Source of the DNA: Phyllobates terribilis
Lineage: Eukaryota
Length of the DNA stretch: 64,000 nucleotides
Assembly (NCBI RefSeq): GCF_046119375.1
Contig: NW_027362761.1
Span: 910,842,001-910,906,000, forward strand
Direction: 5' to 3'
A program made the position numbers and the translations under genes. A model generated the notes under the pieces. It was given only the letters and a program-made list of their open reading frames with translations, ran no database searches and was not told the DNA's origin. Numbering within the stretch: the stretch's first letter is position 1; each line of letters begins with the position of its first letter. This document shows, piece after piece, positions 52,336-64,000 of this stretch.

Positions 52336-54344
52336 CCCTTGGTCTAGTCGCCTATTGCCAACTTTCTCTGTACCAGCTCGTGTTGGGTTTCCTATTAACC
52401 ATGCAAATATCTGAGGTTGTTACTCAAGGCACTTAAAGGCCAGATGAAGTTGCCATGTGTGCCTGAGTATTTAGAAAGCATTGTTCTTGTCTTCCACTTG
52501 TTTGTCAGAAGTTTGGTTCTCTTTGCACTAGGCTCTGCTACACTTGACTACTATGCCACTACCAGTGCTATTTTTAAGCTCAGTCCAGCTATTCTAGGTC
52601 TAGTCCACACATCATTTAGCAATAGAGATGCCGGATTACCACAACTTGTAAGTATTGTCAATGCTATTCACACTATAGTCGCTTTTTTCAAGGTAGAGTA
52701 TCTCTGCAAGCAAGTTTTCAGTTTGACAAGCAAGTTTGCCAGTACTTCACTGCTTTCCTACAATTAACCATTTCCCTGCTTCAAGTTCCTGTTTGCATAC
52801 ACCTATACTATAAACCATAATTCTGCAAACAGGTTAACAGATTTCCTATACATTTCTTACTCCTGTGTGTAACCTCATCTCTGCAAGTCATTTACCAGAA
52901 TGCCTATACATCTATCACTCTTATGTGTAACCGCATCTCTACATGTTACCATATTGATTATATATCTTTTATTTCAGTGTGTAACTGCATTTCTGTGCGC
53001 AAATTATTAGATTGACTATACATCTATTATTTCTGTGTGTAATCGCATCCCTGCAAGCAAGTTACAAGGTTGCCTATGGTTCTATTATTCCTGTTTTGTA
53101 ATTGTACACAGGGCTAAGCTTCATTTGGTGCTTTCTGATTCAATTTCTGTGCTCCCTTGCATCATTGCCTCTGGTTAGTGCTGCTCTCCCTGACCTACAG
53201 CCTAGAGAATTCAACTCAACAGATGAGCCCTTAACAATAGATTTGAACACAGATTTTAACCTTGGTTATGGAACATCAGAAATCATTGATGAATTTCACC
53301 ATCACACCATTTCATCATATGCTCTAGATTTTTTGCCAGTGTGTGAACAATATTTGATAATGCCATTCACATACATTGTTTTATTGATTGGTTTGGACTC
53401 TCTGTGCTGAACTTCTTCAGTGTTAACTAGAGATGAGTGTTGTTCTACTCGAACTGGTCGCCAATCTCAAATTCGAGCTGTTTTGGGCGGTGTTCGAGCC
53501 GTTCGGCGAACACGAACAATTTGATAAAAATTCGGCTGTTCGAGGTTATGTTCGATAACTGTTCGTGCACCAAAATCATAACTGGATTTTTTCTCAGTAA
53601 TGATGAAAATTAATGTTAATACGCAGTTTGAATGTACAGCGGGGTGGGGGGAGGGGCAGGGGATGGATCTCTGCAGGAACAATGAAGATCTCCATTTTTT
53701 TTTCTCTTTCCCGCATTTGCAGTGGGGAGGTGCAATCTGTCAGCCTATCAGCAGCGCACACACGGAGCGAAGTGCTTTTTTTCACACAAGCAAGGGCATG
53801 TGTCATTGGCAGTGTATGTCACATGTCCTTGCCCTATAAGACCAAGCCATTTTCCCCGTCGCCACCATTTTCTCACTGCTGCAGCTGCGTGTTAGACGGC
53901 ACCGCTGTTGCTGTGTGCGCTATACCTTGTTAATTTCAAGCCAATTTTCGCACAAATCTACAGATAGCTTGGGAGTAGGGAATAGTTGTGATTGCAGTCC
54001 TTTTAAGGACTAGGTTACAGCATTTCCTACGACTTTTATCAGGGAGGTCTGTGCTCTTAAATAGATAGGTTGTGGGAGTAAAGACTAATTGTAATTGGAG
54101 TCCTTTTCAGGACTAGGTTACATCAGTTCCTATCAGTTTTTGCCAGGCAGGTCTGTGCCAGTGCTGTGCAAGTTTTTTTCACAGCATTTGGCTGAATCTA
54201 GCAAAGCTAATCCTTTTTGGCCTATTGCAGAGTGTGTTAGTCAGTGGAGTAGCCTATCTGTGCTGCAAGATATACCACCTGTGTATAGAATACCAATTTT
54301 TTTACTGCACCTAGTGAAGTAAAATCTTTTGGGCATAGCATCAT

Positions 54345-56535
54345 TCTATTAGTCCATCTATACTGACCTCCATCAGGTTGCAAATTAAAACTAATTTTTA
54401 TCTGCATCTACAGTACCTCTGAAAAAATATTTGGGCTTCTAGCTGTGTGTGGGACTTGTTGTATTAGTCCATCTATACTGACCTCCATCAGGTTGCAAAC
54501 TGAATATATTTTTTTCTGCATCTACCTCTGAAAAAATATTGGGCTTCTAGCTGTGTGTGGGTCTTGTTCTATTAATCCATCTATACTGACCTCCATCAGG
54601 TTGCAAACTGAATATAATTTTTTTCTGCATCTAGCTCTGAAAAAATATTTGGCCTTCTAGCAGTGTGTCGGACTTTCTCTATTAGTCCATCTATACTGAC
54701 CTCCATCAGGTTGCAAATTAAAAAATTTTTATCTGCATCTACAGTACCTCTGAAAAAATATTTGGGCTTCTAGCTGTGTGTGGGACTTGTTGTGTTAGTC
54801 CATCTATACTGACCTCCATCAGGTTGCAAACTGAATATATTTTTTTCTGCATCTACCTCTGAAAAAATATTGGGCTTCTAGCTGTGTGTGGGTCTTGTTC
54901 TATTAATCCATCTATACTGACCTCCATCAGGTTGCAAACTGAATATATTTTTTTCTGCATCTACCTCTGAAAAAATATTTGGGCTTCTAGCTGTGTGTGG
55001 GACTTGTTGTATTAGTCCATCTATACTGACCTCCATCAGGTTGCAAATTAAAAATAATTTTTATCTGCATCTACAGTACCTCTGAAAAAATATTTGGGCT
55101 TCTAGCTGTGTGTGGGACTTGTTGTATTAGTCCATCTATACTGACCTCCATCAGGTTGCAAATTAAAACTAATTTTTATCTGCATCTACAGTACCTCTGA
55201 AAAAATATTTGGGCTTCTAGCTGTGTGTGGGACTTGTTGTATTAGTCCATCTATACTGACCTCCATCAGGTTGCAAACTGAATATATTTTTTTCTGCATC
55301 TACCTCTGAAAAAATATTGGGCTTCTAGCTGTGTGTGGGTCTTGTTCTATTAATCCATCTATACTGACCTCCATCAGGTTGCAAACTGAATATAATTTTT
55401 TTCTGCATCTAGCTCTGAAAAAATATTTGGCCTTCTAGCAGTGTGTCGGACTTTCTCTTTTAGTCCATCTATACTGACCTCCATCAGGTTGCAAATTAAA
55501 AATAATTTTTATCTGTATCTACAGTACCTCTGAAAAAATATTTGGCCTTCTAGCAGTGTGTGGGACTTTCTCTATTAGTCCATCTATACTGACCTCCATC
55601 AGGTTGCAAATTAAAAATAATTTGTATCTGCATCTACAGTACCTCTGAAAAAATATTTGGGCTTCTAGCTGTGTGTGGGACTTGTTGTATTAGTCCATCT
55701 ATACTGACCTCCATCAGGTTGCAAACTGAATATATTTTTTTCTGCATCTACCTCTGAAAAAATATTTGGGCTTCTAGCTGTGTGTGGGACTTGTTGTATT
55801 AGTCCATCTATACTGACCTCCATCAGGTTGCAAATTAAAAATAATTTGTATCTGCATCTACAGTACCTCTGAAAAAATATTTGGGCTTCTAGCTGTGTGT
55901 GGGACTTGTTGTATTAGTCCATCTATACTGACCTCCATCAGGTTGCAAACTGAATATATTTTTTTCTGCATCTACCTCTGAAAAAATATTGGGCTTCTAG
56001 CTGTGTGTGGGTCTTGTTCTATTAATCCATCTATACTGACCTCGATCAGGTTGCAAACTGAATATATTTTTTTCTGCATCTACCTCTGAAAAAATATTTG
56101 GGCTTCTAGCTGTGTGTGGGACTTGTTGTATTAGTCCATCTATACTGACCTCCATCAGGTTGCAAATTAAAAATAATTTGTATCTGCATCTACAGTACCT
56201 CTGAAAAAATATTTGGGCTTCTAGCTGTGTGTGGGACTTGTTGTATTAGTCCATCTATACTGACCTCCATCAGGTTGCAAATTAAAACTAATTTTTATCT
56301 GCATCTACAGTACCTCTGAAAAAATATTTGGGCTTCTAGCTGTGTGTGGGACTTGTTGTATTAGTCCATCTATACTGACCTCCATCAGGTTGCAAACTGA
56401 ATATAATTTTTTTCTGCATCTACCTCTGAAAAAATATTTGGCCTTGTAGCAGTGTGTCGGACTTTCTCTATTAGTCCATCTATACTGACCTCCATCAGGT
56501 TGCAAACTGAATATATATTTTTCTGCATCTAACCC
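54345..56535. repeat. Tandem array inside hAT copy 3: mixed 108-115-bp units, about 20 units
   Basis: The CATCAGG anchor recurs from 54371 to 56493 with periods of 108, 109, 110, 113 and 115. The long units carry a CAGTAC insertion. Confidence 0.95.
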
Positions 56536-56647
56536 AGCCAATAGTTTTGGCCTAATACCACAGTTTGGCCACTCAGCTCTGCTCGGTTACCATCCATTGT
56601 TTTTTTGTGCAAGCAACTCCAGAGTTGTGAATTAGTTAACCACCAAA

Positions 56648-59600
56648 ATGAGTGGAAAAAGGCCTGCTGCTGGTGGAAAGGGGAATAGGCGTGTTGGGAA
56701 GGGGCAAAAAGGTTGTGTCCGTGGGGTAGGTGTTAAAGCAACAGTAACATCTGCAGAAGAAAGACCATCTTCCAGCCAAACTAAAATGTCTACTTCTTTT
56801 AGCGGACAATGTGATAAGATCCCTTTCTTACGGCCACGCCAATCGCTACAAATTCCAGATGAGGCACAAAAACAGCAGGTGCTTCAACGGATATCAAGTG
56901 CTCCTTTAAGTGGGCTCTCCTCCACATCAACTTCAACATCACAAATACTCCAGTCCTCAAAGGTGTCACCCAAATCGCACTTGCTTCCTCACAGCTCCCA
57001 AATCTCCAGCTGCCCGTCTGAGTATGAGGTAGAACAGATGGTTGAGTCTGCAGAGCTGTTTACTCATACTATAGCCTGGGAATCAGAGGTCGACTCCAGC
57101 GCTTCTGTGAATCCAGACGAGGAAATGATCTGCACTGATGCCCAGAATCTTTTGAGTCGGATCCAGGACCAGACGCAGAAGGTTCTGACCATAATGTAGA
57201 CCCTCATTCCCAAACTGTAACTCCTGTTGGTGGAGACAATGAGGAAGACGATGATAAGATTCAAATACCTGATTGGAGCGACAACTTTAGTTTTTTGTCA
57301 GGGCAGGAACAGGTTGGCTCTGAGGACGACGGGTGTGATAACACACAGGGTGATGATGATGAGGTTGGAGATCCCACTTACTGTCAACCCACAGTCAGCC
57401 AAGAGATGAGGTCAGCAGAGGAGGTGGAGGAAGATGCTAGTGACGACGAGGTCAGGTTGCGCCTTCCTGGACAGAGACGTAGTACTGGAAGCACGTCAAC
57501 AACTGCATCCTCAAACACAACTCTGCCTCTCACCACAAGTCGTGGTGGCTCTTCAGGTCGCATGGGTGCTAAGCCTTGCATAGCCTGGGCATTTTTTCAG
57601 ATCGATAAAGATGACCCAACTCGTGTTATCTGTAACATTTGTCAGCAAAAGCTAAGTAGAGGCCAAAAAATACATAGTTTGAGTACTTCATGCATGAACC
57701 GGCACATGGACATGAAGCATAAGTTGCAGTGGGAAGCTCAGTGTGCTACAATGCGGCCTAGCCGGCCGGGCCAACCACCGTCTGCCATATCTTGTGCATC
57801 CGCGGCCTCTTCATCCTCTGTGACTGGGGGGACAGCAGTCACACCTGTTTTGGGGCGCAGACCTGCCACCTCTTTACCCGCAACAGCCAGCGTGATTGGC
57901 AGGTCATCATTTTCTTTGGAGGTGGTAACAGCAGCTGGTGTTGAGCGCTGTCCGACATCGATAGCACCACCTTTGGATCAAGGCAACCTAACATGTCCGC
58001 CTGCATCTTCCTCACAGACCGGCAGTTTGCCGGGGACACCCTTATCAACCCCGTCTAAGCACAATAGCCAGCCCTCGGTCCCTCAGATGTGGACAAGTAA
58101 AAGACCATTTCCTCCTAGCCATGAGAAAGCTAAGAGGTTGAATTTCACCATCTGCAAGCTCTTGGCTACAGAAATGCTGCCTTTCCGCCTGGTGGACACA
58201 GAGGATTTTCGAGACCTTATGTCCGTCGCAGTGCCCCAGTACCAGATGCCCAGTCGGCACTACTTCTCAAAGAAAGGTGTGCCTGCGCTCCACCAGCATG
58301 TCGCACACAACATCACCGCTTCTTTGAGAAACTCTGTGTGTGACAGGGTGCATTTCACCACAGACACTTGGACGAGTAGGCATGGACAGGGGCGTTACAT
58401 GTCGCTGACTGGGCACTGGGTAACTATGGTGACAGCAGGACAAGGGGCTGCTGTCCAAGTCTTGCCGTCCCCACGAGTTGTGCGTCAATCCTCTTTATGT
58501 CAAAGTTCCTCCACTGCTTCTGCCTCCTCAACCTCCTCTCGGTCTTCCACCTGCACCCAAAGCTGTCTGGTCATGCCACAAGCTTTCTAACAGCGCAGAA
58601 GGGATCCTGCACACCTCCTTACTATGCTGGCAGTAGGGCTCAACGTCATCAGGCGGTTTTTACATTGAAATGTCTGGGAAATGTGAGTCACACAGCTGAG
58701 GAGTTGTGGTCAGCTCTGGAGAACCAATTTCATGAATGGTTGTCTCCACTGGACCTGAAACCAGGGAAGGCCGTGTGCGACAATGCTGCAAACCTGGGTG
58801 CGGCCCTTCGCCGGGGCAATGTCACACACGTGCCTTGTATGGCTCACGTGTTGAACCTGGTTGTCCAGCAATTTTTAGCCCACTATCCCAGACTAGATGG
58901 CCTTCTGTAGAGGGCACGGTCGCTGTGTGCTCACTTCCGCCGTTCGCATCCCGCAGCTCAGCGACTTACATCTCTACAGAAGTCGTTGGGCCTGCCACTT
59001 CACCGGCTAAAATGCGATGTGCCTACCCGGTGGAATTCAACTCTGCACATGTTGCAGCGACTGTGGCAGCACCGACAAGCCCTGGTGCAATACGTTCTGA
59101 CGTATAGCCTGGGCCAACGAGATTCAGAGGTGGGGCAAATCACGCTGGAGGAGTGGTCTCAGATCAGGGACCTATGCACCCTTCTGCACAGTTTTGAAAT
59201 GGCGACGAAGATGTTTAGTGCTGACGATGCCATTATCAGCATGACTATTCCGGTGATTTACATGCTGGAGCACATGTTAAACAGAATTCGGAGTCAGGTG
59301 GTGGCACAAGAGGAGGTGGAGGAAGTAGAGGAGGAGGAGTTGTATGCGGAAGGGCTAACATCTGCAAGGTCCAGACGGTCGGCAGCACCAAGGCGGCAGG
59401 CATGTGAGGGTGGGGGAGATGGTTTTACCAGGGCGCATGGTAGCAGCCAAACTAGTGAGGAAGGTGCAGGAGCCCAGGAAGAAGTGGAGGACAAACTGAT
59501 GGAAGACTCATCAGATGAGGGAGACCTTGATCACATTTCTGTTGTGCGAGGTTGGGGGGAGAGGACAGAGGAAGGAAGCATGATTGTTACCTCGCCACCA

Positions 59601-60347
59601 ACACAACAGGGACTTGGTGCTCCTGGATGCGCAACACACATGAGTGCCTTCTTGCTGCACTACCTGCAACATGACCCTCGAATTGTGAGAATTAGAAATA
59701 ATCCTGACTACTGGGTTGCCACACTGTTAGATCCCCGGTACAAAAGTAAATTTGCAGAAATTATTCCTGCCATAGAAAGGGATGCACGCATGCAGGAGTA
59801 TCAGCAGAGACTGTTGCAGAATCTTACATGTGCTTTTCCACAAAATACCAGTGGTGCACGTAGTGAATCTCACAGTTCCAACTTGCCAACCGTGGGACCG
59901 TCAAGTGTTCAGCACTCAAACCGTAACAGAACCACAGTATCTGGTGGTAACATCAATTTTGCGGAATCATTTCACCACTTTTTTAGTCCATCCTTTGCAA
60001 GGCCACAGGAGACAAGAAGTCTGACACATAGTCAACGCCTAGAGACGATGGTACAGGAGTATCTCCAAGTAAACATTGAAGCCACGACTGTGTCACTGGA
60101 CCCTTGCTCTTTTTGGGCTTCCAATCTGGATAAATGGCCGGAGCTAGCCACTTACGCCTTGGAGATCTTGTCATGCCCCGCAGCCAGCGTTCTGTCTGAA
60201 CGTGTGTTCAGCGCTGCTGGTGGTGTGCTGACAGATAAGTGCACGTGGCTCTCCACTGATAATGTAGACAGACTCACGTTCATAAAGATGAACAAATCAT
60301 GGATCTGAAACGACTTTTCTACCCCTGTGTCATCCTGGGGAGAGTAA
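56648..60347 (+). pseudogene. hAT transposase, ~1230 codons, with frameshifts (~57155, ~58580) and stops (58908-58910, 60306-60308)
   Basis: BED finger, D (HFTTDTW), D (VCDNAAN), CxxH (CMAH), TRWNST, E (SERVFS) and hATC dimerisation domain. Confidence 0.95.
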
Positions 60348-60679
60348 AAGCTTGATGATTGTTTAAAATCACCCTACCAACCGTTTTAAGCTTTCAAATT
60401 ACTAATCATGTTTATCTGTATCTTGACTGGAAAATAATTTGGGCTTTGTAGCAGTGTGCAGCACTGATCCTATTAGGCCATCTATAATAAGCTCCACCAG
60501 ATTTAAAATTAAAAATAATTTTTAGCTGCATCTAGCCCGGAAAATAATTTTGGGGCTCCGAGATGCGCAAGACACATAAGTGCCTTCTTGCTGCACTACC
60601 TGCAGCATGACCCTCATATTGTCAGAATTCGAAGTAATCATGACTACTGGGTTGCCACACTCTTAGATCCCCCAAACTT

Positions 60680-62046
60680 TTCGATCAACCTTTTCATTTT
60701 AATAAAGACCAAAAAAATGGTCATTTTTGAAATTATAAGCATTAGCAGGTTGTTAGAAACTGAAATCAAACAGTTTTCAACTCAAAACTTTATTCTAGGT
60801 GATGTTACATTTTCACATAGGACCCCTTGTACGAAAGGAGCTTCTGAACTCTCTCGTCCATTGAATTTGTCAGGTTTTGGATGGTTTCTGCTTCAATTGT
60901 TTTGCATGAGGACAGAATACCCTCCCAGAGCTGTTGCTTAGATGTGAACTGCCTCCCGCCATCATAGACACTCCTTTTAATGATGCTCCAAAGGTTCTGA
61001 ATGGGGTAGAGGTCAGGGGAGCATGGGGGTCACACCATAAGTTTGTCCCCTTTTATGCCCATATCAGCCAGAGATGCAGATGTTTTATGTGCAGCATGAG
61101 ATGGTGCATTATCATGCAGAAAAATGATCTTGCTGTGAAATACACGGTTCTTCTTCTTGAACCATGGCAGGAAGTGCTGTTTGAGAAAATCCACATACAT
61201 TATGGAGTTCATCTTTAGCGCCTTCAGGGATCCTAAAGGGGCCGACAATCTCTCTCCCCATGATTCCAGCCCAAAACATTACTCCACCTCCTCCTTGTTG
61301 GCGCTGTAGCCGTGTTTGCGTGGGGTGTCCATCAACCAGCCATCCTCCACTCCATCCATCTGGACCATCGAGCGCTGCACGGCACTCATCCGTGAACAAA
61401 ACAGTTTTGAAATCAGTCTTCATGTAATGTTTGGCCCACTGGAGCCGTTTCTGCTTGTGTGAAGTGGATAGAGGAGGTCGACAGGATGGCGTATGCACAG
61501 CTGCAAACCTCTGAAGGACCCTGCATCTTGTTGTTCGGGGGACGTTGGAGGCACAAGCAGCTTCAAAAATTTGTCTGCTGCTATGACAAGGCTTTTTTGC
61601 CGCTGCTCTTTCAACCTGACGTAATTGCCTGTAGGAAAGAGTCCTCAATTTGCCCTTATCAGCACGCACACGTGTGTACTGTGAATCAGCTACATACTTC
61701 TTGATTGCCAAGACACTTCATCCTGATCATCGCACAATGTTGATTGTAGTCATGCCTTGACCTAAACACTCCACAATTTGTTGCTTCTCAGCAGCCGACA
61801 CATCCTTTTTCTTTCCCATTTTGGCAGAAAATGTAGGCTGCTGAATAATGTGAGAGAGCCTTCTTAAGTAGTCTTGCCTTTCATTGGACACACCTGACAA
61901 ACTAATTAGCACTGGTGTCTGCAATTGGTTACAGTGATATAAAGAGCCCTGACACACATCACCATCAATGAGTTTAACTGACAAACAAACAAATTCTTCC
62001 CTTATCACTCCTAAACACTTTTTGCATAATAATTTGGAACACAGTG
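60680..62046 (-). mobile_element. Tc1-like transposon with DD37E (TRT-like) spacing, decayed
   Basis: Terminal TTGCATAATAATTTGGAACACAGTG|TA at 62046. VLFTDEC...GGGGVMFWAG...LHDNAPSH-(37 aa)-Q(E)NLW. Contains a frameshift and a TGA. Confidence 0.88.
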
Positions 62047-62119
62047 TACATGTGCTCTTCCACAAAACACCAGTAGTTCACGTAGTGAATCTTACAGTTC
62101 TAACTTGCCAACCGTGGTC

Positions 62120-63935
62120 TGTATGGAGTTGTTCAATAAAGGGCCCAAAATTAAGATAACATAGATGGGAGAGGTCTCTATGAATAGGAATTCCTAAGTA
62201 TTTGATACCCTGTGAGGGCCAGGCAAAGGGAAAGTTGGACTGGATGGAATCCTATATGGATTTGGGGAGGGAGACATCGAGGGCCTCAGACTTCGCTGCA
62301 TTGATTTTAAAATTTGACCATGTAACAAAGTGATCTATTTCAGCCATAACAGCATGGATGGATATATGTGATTGAGTGATATATACTAGGACATCATCAG
62401 CAAATAGAGAGCACTTGTACTCGGTGCCTCCCACCTCAATCCACCTAATATTGGGGTTATGGCGAATTGATGAGAGCAGGTGCTCCGTCACTAGGATGTA
62501 TAAGAGAGGGGACAGAGAACATCCCTGCCTTGTCCCATTGGTGATTGTGAAAGGTGATGAAAATGTTCTGACGCGCCCCCTGGGCCTTGGGACACCCGGA
62601 GCCGGACCCTTTTTGGTGGATGCTGGTGGTTGTAGTCTCCGTGGCGGCAACCCGGTTCCGTGGCTCAGGGCGGTCAAACCAGTGGCAGAACTATTTATGT
62701 GGTTTTGATGTTTAAATGTCCGACTACGCCACCCGTGGATTGCGGTCAGAGTGAACCGCCGCTCCAGGGCAGACCGCTGAGGCTGGTGTTGTGGGTGCAG
62801 CAGAGCGTAGCATAACTCCCCACGGGAGGAGTATAGCCTCAGGGCAGTGTATGCGGAGGATGGGGGTGATGGTGCAGGGCAGCAGCAGTAATGACACGGA
62901 GTCAGTGATGCAGTCCAGGGCCTTTACTCACAGTTCTTATTATCCAGACCACGTCTGCAGGTAACGGCTGCCCACGTCGTACTGTGCTCACCAGGTGAGG
63001 GGCTCAGACAACTCCCAGATAACTTTGGAGCGCTTCACAGGACCCCCTTTGTGTGTCCTTTGTCTGGCCTTTCTTACCAACCCTTCTGTCCGGCTGCCTC
63101 GGGCCTCCTCTTGGTAAACTTGGCGCCAGTTTCCCTGACCCTATGTGGTGCCTTCCTAGCGGGTGTAGCGAGGGGCTGCGCCACATAAAATGTCACAGCC
63201 TCCTGTTTCTAGCTGGGGGTCGTTTCGTGTCTCCACTAGTTTCGGGGACCGGTCTCCCCCTTTGGCCTGACCCCTCCACGCAGGTGGATTCTGGCGTGCG
63301 GTGGCGACTCGCCCATCCGCACCCCTGAGATCCCTTCGTTCCTCGTTCCTGGAGCCTTCTCCGCTCCTCTTCCTTCCTTCTCCCTCTTCCAGGCCTGGGC
63401 CTCTGTTACTAGGCCCGCCTCCGGAGCAGAGCTCATGCAGAGCCCCTGCTCCCTGCCACTTCTGCTCAGACTTCTCTGCACTGAACTAAGATGGTGCCCA
63501 CCTTTTATACTCCCTTCTCAATGCACCCAGGAACTGCTTCCTCCCTGCTCCTGCACTACAGGGTTCCCCTTCCTCAGTGTTCCCTCCCCCCACTCCAGCC
63601 AGGGACAGGGACTGTCGTGCCCATCTCAGGGGCATATTGGTCGCCCTGCCCCACGGCAATGTGGTGTAATGCATGCAGGTGTCGGGTCCTGATCCACACT
63701 ACATCCTTACCTGAGAGTGAGATATCACACCTCTGGGTGAGGTGCAATACCTCTGTAGCAACCGAGCCCTCAGGGTGCTACAGTTCCATTTATCTTCAGC
63801 CTAGGTGACGTATTGCGATACAGGGCCGTGATTTTGGCTATAAAAGGGTCCCCTAGACCCCTACCCCAAGCTTTTTAAGAGAATCATATATGGCGTTCCA
63901 GGAGACTCTATGGAATGCTTTCTCAGCATCCAACG
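62120..63935 (-). mobile_element. L1-clade LINE reverse-transcriptase fragment, split by a solo LTR
   Basis: LSLDAEKAF.RVSW (~63880-63930), then NGTRQGCSLSPLLY...LFADD...FKINAAKS (62250-62565). Confidence 0.9.
62569..63782 (-). mobile_element. Solo LTR, same group as 26316-27502
   Basis: TGACGCG...GCTACA ends and 4-bp TSD GTTC (62565-62568 / 63783-63786). Confidence 0.93.
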
Positions 63936-64000
63936 AGAGGATCTAATTACAAATTTTTAACTGCATCTAGCCCAGGGAATACTTTGTGCCTAGTAGCAGG

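Larger units (their letters stand above)
53428..64000 (+). mobile_element. hAT copy 3 (left end, array, full transposase region, 3' patchwork; right end not in window)
   Basis: TAGAGATGAG at 53428, preceded by GTGTTAAC (candidate TSD). Degenerate monomer copies at 60420-60550 and 63940-64000 suggest the element continues past the window. Confidence 0.85.

Noticed and set aside
53102-53410. 102-aa ORF with a signal-peptide-like hydrophobic start
   Set aside because: It starts at TTG immediately after a TAA, with no ATG, no recognisable family and no supported exon chain.
3617-63782. Apparent preference of LTR elements for inserting into hAT copies (6 of 7-8 insertions)
   Set aside because: hAT-bounded DNA is about 60% of the window, so the excess is not convincing at this sample size.

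Overview
This is eukaryotic DNA, most likely anuran (frog). That call is an inference from the TE families present: TAGAGATGAGC-ended hATs, TTAA piggyBac-like elements, Harbinger MITEs, a V-SINE-like SINE and a Ngaro element with an SGNH domain. I found no supportable host gene, RNA gene or CRISPR array. The window is a nested transposon cluster built around three copies of one hAT family with a very long BED-finger transposase. Each copy has a private ~110-bp tandem array between its left end and the transposase region. Copy 2 (13231-36487, 8-bp TSD CTTATGAT) is a 23-kb compound element. Its transposase block is inverted relative to the ends, and it contains a 5'-truncated Ngaro YR-retrotransposon, a gag-only LTR element with 2-kb minisatellite-bearing LTRs, a very young near-intact chromovirus and two solo LTRs. 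Both two-LTR elements show a Tf1/sushi-type self-priming signature instead of a tRNA PBS. Three solo LTRs of another Gypsy group carry an internal tRNA-Ser PBS-like motif. Tc1 remnants (DD34E and DD37E spacing), an L1 RT fragment, MITEs and a SINE fill most of the rest. Most short ORFs in the supplied track are spurious or off-frame.
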